Source: the human T2T-CHM13v2.0 reference genome, Homo sapiens. From it: DNA of 64,000 nt. The notes beneath the pieces were generated by a model, which saw nothing but the letters and a program-made list of their open reading frames with translations, was not told the origin of the DNA and did not search any database. This document shows, piece after piece, positions 34,212 to 44,877 of the stretch. Location of the stretch: the NCBI RefSeq assembly GCF_009914755.1, contig NC_060946.1; one strand, 5' to 3'. A program made the position numbers and the translations under genes. The first letter of the stretch is position 1, and each line of letters begins with the position of its first letter.

Positions 34212-35941
34212 GCTGAATAACAGACCAACCAAGAGGCAACCCCAGTGTTGCAGAGATTTCCACGCATCACTGTGGCCAGGCCTGTCGCACAGCCACATTC
34301 TGTGTTGGTATAATGACCTCGAGTTCCACCAGCAGGACACTGAGGCTCAGGGGGACTGCGACCACTTGGGGGCCTGTTGCTTGGTAAGTGGAGGCAGTGG
34401 GCTTGGAATGCAGGTGTTGGATGCTAAAACCCCAGCAGCAACGTCAGTCACGACCACCGAGCTGCACATTCTTGAGATAGGTTGACAAGTAATGGAACGA
34501 AGCTCTTCCCAATCAACAGCAATCCCACTGTTCCTTGCTTGGCCAGAGGTCTCTTCCCTGTTCCCATGAAGGCCTGAGCAGACAGAGGCCATCTCCTCTT
34601 GGTGGCCCGGAGCCAGGCTGGGACTGGCTGCCTAGTCACCCACAGAGTCCCCCTCCTGCCCACCCCCCCATCCCCAAGGATACTGGATGCCCTGCGGCAT
34701 AACCTGCGGGGACAGCAGACCAACGTGGAGAGTGAATCGCAGGGCAAGTGGGAGAAGCCCCCGCCTGAGGCAGGGAGCTCCCCAGCAGGAATGCAGGAGC
34801 TGACTTCAATCGCACAAGTGGAAAATCTGAGCCTGTCAGGTTGGAAGAGGCCGGGAGGAATCCTGAAATACAGCCCCCACCCCCACATGGGCTTTCTGGC
34901 ACGCACCGTGTGGAGGAAGGGGAGTGAGCTCATGGGCCATGAGATGCCAAACCGAAAAAATCTGATCCCCAGTGTTAGAAGGCACCGCTGGACAGTCACA
35001 TATAGAAAGGGTTCTTGAGGCCTTGTGTCTTACAAAAAGTTTTAGTAAGATTCTCTTGTCAAGTAAAACACTGAAGACAGTTCTGGGGGTAAGGGAGGCG
35101 TCTACCCACGATCCCCCCACGCTAACAAAACCACCACAGAGGCTCCCTTCTGGATGCTGGCAGGCCGGGAGACTTCCTGCCTGGCCATGGCAGGAGAGGG
35201 AGGGCAGGTATTCTGATTTCTCACCCTGCTGCAGCACAGTTCCTGTCTCTGCATTTCATTATCATTAAACCTTGCCCTCCAAGTACTCCGAGGCGGCTTA
35301 CAATAGGAGGCATGGATACAGGAGACCTGAAACCCTCAAGCCTCCCAGCACCATTGCAAAAACCAAGGATGAGGGGTGGGAAGGGGGAATGAGGAGTTAT
35401 GGCAGAAAGCCTTGCCTGAGGAGGGTGTCTCGGTTGGATGTAAAATGCAACATGGGGGTTCCTGACACCAAGACTGAGGGGATGCTCAACACTGTCTAGG
35501 AAGAAATGTTTTCTTGGCTCTGGGAAGAATCAGCCATGGAAGTTTACTCCTAAGGGGTGTTTGGGAGCCTAGGGTGTCCATAACAGAATTTATGTCATTA
35601 GGGTCGCCCCTTGCTGAACGCCACAAGCATGGCGCTTTGCAGTTCTCAAAGACAAGGCAGCAGGATGAGCACCTCTGAAGTGGCCCCTGGATGACAGCCC
35701 TGGCTCCACCACTTTTAGTAGTAAAATCTGGGGCAAAATATATTAATCTGCGCCTCAGATTCCTCAAGCATAAAAGGATAGTGACAGCACCCACTTCATA
35801 GGGTGATTGTGAAGATTAGAGGCCAATTATGTGCTGTACCTGACTTACAGTAGGTGCTAGCTATTAAGTGCTGGTTGGTACTGCTATTATTGTTTGCAAT
35901 CTGATATGTTAAGAGGAATAACCATGAAAAGAATCTTAAAG

Positions 35942-36159
35942 CAGGGGTTTGGGAAACTGTGGCCCTTGAGCCAAATCTGGCCTGCTGCCTGTTTGTGTGA
36001 AGTTCTGTTGAAACAGCCATGCCCATTTAGGTAATGTCTATGGTTATTTTCCCACTATAAAGGCAGCGTTGAGTAGTTTAGTTGCAACAGAGACTGTATG
36101 GCCCACGAAGCCAAAAATATGTACTATCCAGCCCTTTATAGAAAGTTTGCCGACCTCTG
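35942..36159. mobile_element. MER58A-like hAT-Charlie MITE
   Basis: caggggtttgggaaact..ggccc..gccaaatctggcctgctgcctgttt...aaagtttgccgacctctg. Confidence 0.85.
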
Positions 36160-36936
36160 ATTTAAGGGAATGAATGGATTGAGTGACGTCTATGCATGGC
36201 TGTTCTGGGCTTGATCCCGAACCTCCCTCCAGCCTCACTTGGGAGAAGTCTCTCGTCCTACACAGCACCTCCCTTAGAATGACACTGGGAGAGAAGACTA
36301 TAGGACACATTGGGTGGGGAGCACTCGCAGCACCTCTTGGTAGGCTGAAAAGTTGTTTCAGGGACTCCCCGGGCCATGGGAAAGTGGAGACGGCGCTGAA
36401 AACCTGGCATCACTATTCTGGGCTGCAGAGAGCCAGCATGCAATGGGATGCCTGGAGGCGAAGCTTTTGTTTAGCACATACATTAATAAACACAGGAGGT
36501 CACTCCTTCGTTCCACTTCATGAACCTCCCTCAGTCTGGAGTGCAAGGCAATTCTGCTATCGACTGATTAGCAGGTGGTGTCAGAATATATAAGGGATCA
36601 ACAAGGCGGAAGCATGTCATGGCGATTTACTGCTTCCTAGAAATCCAAGAAGTAAACAGATTCAACCCAAGGTGGAGTGTCACTGACTCGCAGAAACTCT
36701 GGGCTCATTTTCTAAGCAAAGGCCTGGACTTAGCACATCCCATCAGAAGCCAAGACCCCAAGCCCAGGGTAAGGTGTTCATATAGGGAGTTGTATTTCAA
36801 TCGTGGAAAAGGTACAGGATAGCTATGAGCCTTTTTATGAGTGTAGGATTTAGTTTAACAGCCACAGACAGCATTTTCTGGACAACAGATGTAGAGAGAA
36901 ACTATGCCAGTTGAGAAGAGTTTAATCAGAATTATC

Positions 36937-37235
36937 TTCTTTTTTTTTCTTTTTTTGAGACAGAGTCTTGCTCTGTCGCCCAGGCTGGAATGCAGTGGCG
37001 CCATCTCGGCTCACTGCAACCTCCTCCTCCAGGGTTCACACCATTCTCCTGCCTCAGTCTCCTGAGTAGCTGGGATTACAGGTATGTGCCACCACGCCCG
37101 GCTAATTTTTGTATTTTTAGTAGAGATGGGGTTTCATCATGTTGGTCAAGCTGGTCTCCAACTCCTGACTTTGTGATCTGCCCGCCTCGGCCTCCCAAAG
37201 TGTTGGGATTACAGGTGTGAGCCACTGCGCCCAGC
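36937..37235 (-). mobile_element. Alu (AluS)
   Basis: Full-length antisense Alu. Confidence 0.93.
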
Positions 37236-37585
37236 CTATCTTCATTCTATTCCATACATCAACTGCTTTTGTTAACCCATCATAGCTCTGCCCTTCAGCT
37301 TTCTGTGCATATTGGTGGGGGATCAGGTGCTTAGAGCTATTTCTGTGGTCAATGTGCATGTTTAGGGCAGCAGAGAAATCAGTTTGATTCCTTCCACCTG
37401 TGACTGACCCTGTACAGGCAGTGAGACTGATGAGCCTCATTGGCTTCACTTTAAGAATGGCAGAAGGACACTGGCTTTGGCTGCAGTAGTTTTTTGGGCC
37501 TCAGGAAGTCATGCACGTGTTCCAGAAGGGGCACAGCACCAAAGCTAACTCTGGCAGAGACTGATTATACACACAATCCCCTAAC

Positions 37586-37797
37586 CAAGGCTTGGCAAAT
37601 GAGGCATGGCCTCTCCAGTCAAATCCAGCCTGCCATTTCTCTGTGTAAATAAAGTTTTACTAGAACAGGTACAGTGCTCATTTATGTGTCTTCTGTGGAT
37701 GTTTCTGCATTGTGAGGGGAGAGCTGAATAATTTGTAGTAGACCATATGGCCCACAAAGCCTAAAATCTTCTACAGGAACTTTTCAGACCCCACCCT
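37586..37797. mobile_element. MER58-like MITE
   Basis: ttggcaaa...caaatccagcctgcc...gtaaataaagttttactagaac...atatggcccacaaagcctaaaat. Confidence 0.75.
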
Positions 37798-38662
37798 AGA
37801 TGAGAGGATGGTGCATCAGAGCATAGTTTGCATTGGACCAGGACATACAAAAGGGGCAGGATTTCAGTCATTTGGGGGCGTTTTTTAGACTTAGGGGCCA
37901 GTTAGGATTTCTGGCTTGGGCAGCACAGCCAGTGATACAGTTAACCAATAGTAAATGCAGACAGTACATTTTGGGGAAGGAGGAAGGACTAAAAAGAGTT
38001 TTGCTTTAGATTCGTTTAGTTTGCAGTCTCTGAAACCTCTGGTTTAGGTGCCTGGAAAGCAAGGAGGGAAATGCAGACTTGGAGCTCTCTCCTCTGTTCT
38101 CATCGAATTTTCTACAATCAGCTACCAAAACTACTACTTCCCACTGCTAGTTGGTAGGCTTCAATTCTGAGGGCAGAAGTTACATCTTCCTGACTTTTTG
38201 GCTATTAATCCCTCTGCTCGAACCCCAGGACTCAAAAGGGTCCTTGGCACAGGGAAGGCAGATATCTGTTATAGGTAAAAAGGAGCCATTTTCAGAGTCA
38301 GTTTCCATCAGGGAAAGTTACTTGGGGGCACAGCTGTGGCGCCTACCTCTAAGGAGCTCCCAAACTCTTTGGGACACAAAACACACAGAGATCTAAAGAT
38401 GACATCTATTAACCAAAGCGTAGTCTGTATGAGCCAAATGAGGGGTGTGGACTGCTGCAGAGGGAGTCATTCCAAGTTAAGGTCTCCTAGAGGAAGTGCC
38501 ACTTGACGCCAGAGCTTTGAAGAATGGGTAGGGGAGAGAAGGCAGTCATCTCAATGATCTTCCAGGAAGAGAGAACAGGAATTCTCTTAGCAATTTACCC
38601 CGTCCTTTGAACAGAGAGCACACCAAACCCAAGCCACAGAAAGACAACTGGTAGATAAGTGA

Positions 38663-38980
<318 letters not shown>

Positions 38981-41104
38981 GATAAGTGATATTTTCAAAG
39001 GCTCCCCACATGGGTTCCCCACAGGGTGGAGGGCACAGGTTTACACGAGCTGAATTTTTTCAAACCAGTCTTTCTAGCACAACAGAACTGACAAGAGATG
39101 AGAGTCCTGAAGACATAGTCTGGGTACAGTGAGAAGAGCCCAGAATGGAGGAAGCATTCTTTTTTCCTCTAGGGATAAATTTTAGTTCATGATTTAAGTC
39201 AACAGAAGAGAAAAATGTAAATGCCTGAGGAAGTCATGAAGCAGCGATTCCTCCTAAGAGGCTGTAACCCCCACTGGGGAGTGTATGTGATCTTGAGGGA
39301 GTGGGGGAAGTAAAAATGAGTCCTAAAATATTTTTAAAACAACAGATGCCTTCCAGTGGGGGCCCTTTTGGATGGAAGAAAGGGATGGCCACCAAAGCAT
39401 CAGGTGTCCCAGCTGCTGAGTACTGCATTCAATATTTAGCCTGGCCTTGGAACTTCTGTGAGAGGCAGTTTTAGAAGAGCTGCAATCTCTGCTTTCCAGG
39501 GCAATCCGGCTGAAGAACCAGTTCTGAAGAGACCTGCTACGGCTTAATGTTTCCAAATCAGAAAACATAACCCCAAGTGACACTGGCAGGGTTCCTGGGA
39601 AGCACTCCGGGTTGGCAGGAGATGCTCCAAGCTCAGCGGGACAACTTTTAACCTGTTCTCCAGCACTCCCTCTCCCTCCCAATCATGCAAAGTCCCAAAT
39701 CCTAACATTGGCAGTAAGTCTAACTTGAAAACATTCCTTCTGTATCCACAGAACTCCACCTCGCAACATTCTATGGCTCTCACATGAGAGCTGAGGGTCT
39801 AAGAACAAAGAACATTCTCTTTCCAAATGAGCAAGAACAGGAAATCCCACACGGTGCCCTTGTCAACTAAGCTGCTGAGAGGTACAAAACAAATGTTAAC
39901 AAATGTCTCTTATTTCCTGAGACAAGATTTGTGGAGGTTGGGCTGCAACACTTTTCAATTTAGCAAGCTGAAGAGGGGACAGAAAGTTAAACTTTAAAAG
40001 CCAGGTGTTAGGTCCACAAAGACAAAAGATCCAAGTGATTTTAGATCATTTAGGAGGCCATTTGGTAAATGAATGAAACAGGAGGGAAGAAATCACCCCC
40101 GCTGTGCTAAAGGATATAGTGTCTCAAGTGAAGCTGACCACCTTACAGCTGGGCATCATGGCCTCCAATTAGAGACAAAGAGTCCAAGAGTCAGCCAGGA
40201 ACCAGGAGGGCCCTGGGTGTGCCTAACCCCGCACTGCCCAAGGACTGGCACCCTAGGCTTCTTGGGTCCCAGCTGCCAGGCTGCCTTGGTGACTTTTGCT
40301 TTCTCATCTATACAATGAGGATGGTGTCTAAGATCTCTCTCAACCAACTCTCTACTCTTTATCACACTGCCTTGTAATTTACCTGTCCACATGTCTGTCT
40401 CCCACACTGGAATGTACACTGCTTTCATCCATCTTGGCAGAGAGACCCGAGTGCCCGCTGTATCCACGCTCAGATGGCCAAGTGCATGAATGACAGTGTC
40501 GCCATAAACGCAAACACAATGTCTCAAACACAACACTAAGAAACTTACCTCAGAAAACAAACCACTAAGATATCCCAACATATAACATTATATATTAAAT
40601 CCGACCATACAGCTGGCTACCTCTCCTTATGTTCAGCAGTTCTACAATATGAGCCAGAACCACAAGAATATGGTTGTGACACGCACAAAAAGAGCAGACT
40701 GGAAAGGACTAAATCCTAAAAGGAGAGGTGAAAGGTGACCACGCACCAAAAAGCCCTAATCTTCAAACAATCAGAAACAAACGGCAAAATCCTAAGTGCT
40801 TTACAAATACGATGGGTTTTCCCTGTTTTCCCCTTTAAAAATAAATCTGAAAACCACTGAGACTAATAATATATAATCCTTTAGTTTACTGCTTAGCTTT
40901 TAAAGACAGAAAATTACTTAAGAAATCAAACGTAACCACTTAGTGTGGCACAGGTACATTTCAAGAATAAGAATTTGCAATTAAAACAAAATAATTTTCC
41001 CAGACTGGTAGTGCTGCGAATTACAGAATTCATGAAAAACAGAGTAGTGGTCTGAGGTGTTTCAAACCAGACATGGCTCAGGGAAACAACCACTCAAGCA
41101 CACA

Positions 41105-43050
41105 AGTGGCATTTTGTGATCAAATTTATTTTTTGTTTAAATTTCATTTACTTTGTTTTACTGTAATTTACACAAGAGACTGGCAAGTAAACTAGGTATT
41201 TTACATTCACCACACATTCCCTCAAATCTCCACAGTTGTTAGAAAAACATTAAAATCCATGCGCCGGGCTCTCATTTCCATGTGCGCCTAAGCTCCCAAT
41301 GATACTACAGATGCCAGCGAGAGTTAAGTTCATTAAAAGGAGAGGGCTAGACTCTTTATTTCACAAAATTAGCAATAATCTTCCTCGCACCAAACACTTT
41401 GCAGACAATGATTATGCTCTGACAAAACCTATCTTACAACAGTGCCCAGAGAGTAAACATCAGTCTTTATCCTGAGTACACAAAGGATGTATGAAATGTG
41501 GGTTTTGTTGCTGAGGATAACAGGGTATTGCAATGCAGTAGTGATCCTACACATCCTTCCTTGTCTGATTCACTGAAATCACTCCAGTGGGGGAGGGATG
41601 CAGGACATGTGGGAAAACGAGGAGCAGGCAGGGCAGGACTGTCAGCAAATCAGATTACTAATGTGATTTGACTGCAGGGGTTGGCGTGTTTTAGGAGGGA
41701 CAGGAGGTTACAAAAGACAGTTTGTGACCTGAAGGCTTCAACAATATAATTCTATTCAAGCTTCCAGGACTGACAGAGGAAAAACTGGATTCAGACAGAG
41801 AAAGCTGATAAAAATCTTACCTAGCTATTGTTCCTTCCTTTAAATAAAAAATAAAATTAAATTAAAAAAAGTGGCAGCCGTTTCTGACCAGCACTCTCAT
41901 GATGCCTATTCAGAATCTGTCCTGATGACGTCCTACTTGAGAGCACATCCCACAGTCAGATGTCCACCAGTCTCTTGGCGGGGCCTCCTCACCGCACGCA
42001 GGCCAGACTCACACTGCATCTTAAACTGTTCCTATCTCAAAGTCACTATCTCCTCCTTGAAGTGTGTGTTCCCACAAGAAGAGCAAAATGTCATCACTAA
42101 CTATATCCTATCATGTGAGCTCTGAGGAATCTAGACCATTTGCATAGTTTCCAAGCTGTAGTTACAGAAAACTGTCATCTTCAAAACAAGACTCCATGAA
42201 GTGCTATATTTCCAACTTTTCTACACAGCCTACAATCCTATTAAGACTAATTTCTTCATCAATGTGTTTGTCTAACAGGAGCCTGAAAACTGTCTAGTAT
42301 TTATTATAAATCAGAAACCGTCATCTCCATTTTTGCTAGGTTTGATGTAGAAAAATATTTGAAATTTAAAATACAAAAATCCAATAAAAACCAGAAATTT
42401 TTTTTAAAAGGATTTTTCCCTCAGGGCAAACAAGTAAAAACTGGCCTGTAACTTTGCTCCTTACTTTATATTGTCAAATTTGGCTACAAGATAATGACCA
42501 TCCAGAAATAAATAGTTATAAATACATTCAGAGTTTACATCCCAGATTCATTGGAACACCAAAAAATTTTGAAGAAATTTTCTGTGGGAGTCTACTGCTT
42601 ATGGGACTAAAAAAAAATTTATAACAGACTGACTTAAAAGAAGAGAAAAATAATAAAAGGCTATATATGTTGGTCCACAGCTTGACATTTATGAAACATA
42701 CCAGCTAGTATTACATTGCAGTCAATTTGTCCATTAATGGTATTACTCTGATAATTATTAAAATCTGTTCCAGGTATATATATTGAAAATATTTTCTTTT
42801 GCATTCTTGCTGAAGATAGGTACAGTACTTTGGAGAAATTGTACTAATCCCTTCAGTATGTCTGTATGTACATATATACACAAGTGTGTGTATCTGGATC
42901 TGTAGCTCTACATGCGCTTTATATACAGCTACAGACATATGCACACATACATATATACACACGTGGTTGAGAACCTGTGCATGTGTGTGTATCATCACAA
43001 GCACACATCTGGGAAACGTCAACACTGCAAGATACTGGTCAGATTCTTCT
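41105..43050 (-). other. PITPNB: PITPNB 3' UTR (~1.95 kb)
   Basis: Repeat-free, AU-rich sequence from the sp2 stop codon to the distal AATAAA. The 3' end is approximate. Confidence 0.85.
41125..41130 (-). terminator. Distal polyadenylation signal AATAAA of PITPNB
   Basis: tttatt on + is AATAAA on -. UGUA (CFIm) elements lie upstream at 41169-41172 and 41202-41205. A GU-rich downstream element follows (GTGTGCTTGAGTGGTTGTTT). Confidence 0.8.
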
Positions 43051-43101
43051 TCACTCATCACTGGCTGCGCTTGTTCCCCTCACTTGACCTTGATTACGTA
43101 A
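43051..43101 (-). CDS. PITPNB: PITPNB terminal exon, coding part used when the cassette exon is skipped, C-terminus LRNQGQVRGTSAASDE* (sp2 isoform)
   Basis: tctttcacttttcttacag|TTA CGT AAT CAA GGT CAA GTG AGG GGA ACA AGC GCA GCC AGT GAT GAG TGA. In frame with the exon ending at 47826. Strong polypyrimidine tract with no other AG for ~60 nt upstream. Confidence 0.93.
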   Translation of the reverse strand, partial: LRNQGQVRGTSAASDE

Positions 43102-44330
43102 CTGTAAGAAAAGTGAAAGACAGTGCAAAATGTGTTAAAATACAGAGACAGGAAATGTTAGCAGCTCGTCACACACACTCTCCAAATGCATCAAAACTTT
43201 TGGCAGAAAATGTACCCCAACTACTGCATCTTACAATTTTCATCTGTTCAAAAAGATTTTGGTCTTACTACTAATGCCACAATATATTGTCTCATCAGAG
43301 GGGAAAATAAAGTCGAGGCAGAAATAAATCACAAAAACTTAGGAGAGTTTAACAAAAGTAACAATAACTTAAATTTTTTTTTTTTTTAATGAACATGGAA
43401 TTTAAAAGTGTTTGGGGGGAATCTTGGAAGAGTTACTTCATTCTTATTTGGCACAACTAGCTTTTCTCACAACTGAACATTTCATTCATCCCAATGTTCA
43501 AAAATTAAAGAGCAGGTAGCTCATGTGGGGCAGCAAAGAACCACAGTGGAGGGAGGGGAGTGCTACATCTCGTTCTCTTTATAATAAACATTATAGTTCA
43601 GTATAAACAAATGATGACAGCATACTGTTGATTTTTGTTTACTCACACTGGTTTCAATTTGTGAGGGAGATTTTGATTTTTTTTTTTTTGCATCTCTGGG
43701 AAAATTTGTTATATGGGCATATAATGTGTTAGAGAAATAAGACCACAAAAATGGTTCACACCATAAATTAAAACTAAAGTGCATTTACGCAGAGTAAAGC
43801 TAACTGTAACAACTGAAGACGAAATATCAAGGAAGACTTTCTGGTGCACAGAAAATATTGCAGCCAAAATAAATTATTGAGGTTGGCTCGTATGGTATGG
43901 GATAGAGGATCTTTATTTGATCTCAAGTGATTTTGCATATTTCCTTACTAACCACAAATGGTTCTACAAAGAACCAGGTCAATTAACTCAGTATTGAAAA
44001 ATCAGCTGGCTTCCAGGACAATGTGCTACATGATGAGTAACAGCACCTGGCAGCTGGGTTCTAACCCATAACACTAAAAACTAACCCAGGATTACTAAAT
44101 TCAACCTGGTCCACAGGTAAAATTTTTAAAGACTATTAATAAGTGTTCACTATTAATTTCTAAAATATTTATCTTTTAAATTCTAAAAATAAAACCACAT
44201 TTAACACTTAGAGCTTCTGCTCAGCAAGTTAACTGCCCATCACCAAAAAGGTACAGGTTTTGAAACATCTTTTTACCCAGGTCTTCACTTACACAGTTTG
44301 ACATTGTCTCTGACCCTACAGGGGACTCAT

Positions 44331-44378
44331 CTAGACATCAGCAGCCGACGTGCCTCGAACGGAACCCCTCTTACGCAT
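44331..44378 (-). CDS. PITPNB: PITPNB cassette exon, coding part, C-terminus MRKRGSVRGTSAADV* (sp1 isoform); whole exon 44293..44378
   Basis: ttttattttacgtttag|ATG CGT AAG AGG GGT TCC GTT CGA GGC ACG TCG GCT GCT GAT GTC TAG, then 38 nt of UTR and the donor TGT|gtaagt (GT at 44291-44292). Confidence 0.96.
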   Translation of the reverse strand: MRKRGSVRGTSAADV

Positions 44379-44819
44379 CTAAACGTAAAATAAAATTGTG
44401 AGCTGCTGAAATCAGACTCTAAATAGGGGTTAGTAAGCAAGGGGAGAAAAAAGATCTAGAAGAGATTATGAAGTGATGTTCATAACCATATCCACATTAA
44501 GAATGAAGTTCTGTGGCCCCTCAAATAACCTTGGTTTGAAGACATTCTTGCAAAAGGCTTTTCTTAGCACAAAAAAGGTTTATCTATCCTTAACTGTAAA
44601 AAACAAAAGCCTGCAGACTGATAAAAAATTATCAAAAACAGCCAATGGGTAAACAAATTGTTTGCCAATATAATGTGAGAAAATACCCCAAGGGTCTGGT
44701 CCATATTTGCATAGTCCCTAGGCCAGACAAGCAAGCCATGAGGGTGTGGGCCACACCTCTTTGCTGCTTCTGAGAACAGGGTCTCTCAGTGGAGTCCTTT
44801 AAAGGAAGTTTACTGAAAG

Positions 44820-44877
44820 GAGGGAGAATGAAAGGGAGAAAAGGCAAGGAGGGAGAATGAAAGGGAGAAAAGGCAAG
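44820..44877. repeat. Perfect 2 x 29 bp tandem duplication in a PITPNB intron
   Basis: GAGGGAGAATGAAAGGGAGAAAAGGCAAG at 44820-44848 and 44849-44877. Confidence 0.95.

Noticed and set aside
34448-35268. Stack of overlapping 88-183 aa ORFs on both strands
   Set aside because: Expected in GC-rich DNA. Several start at non-ATG codons and none resembles a known protein.
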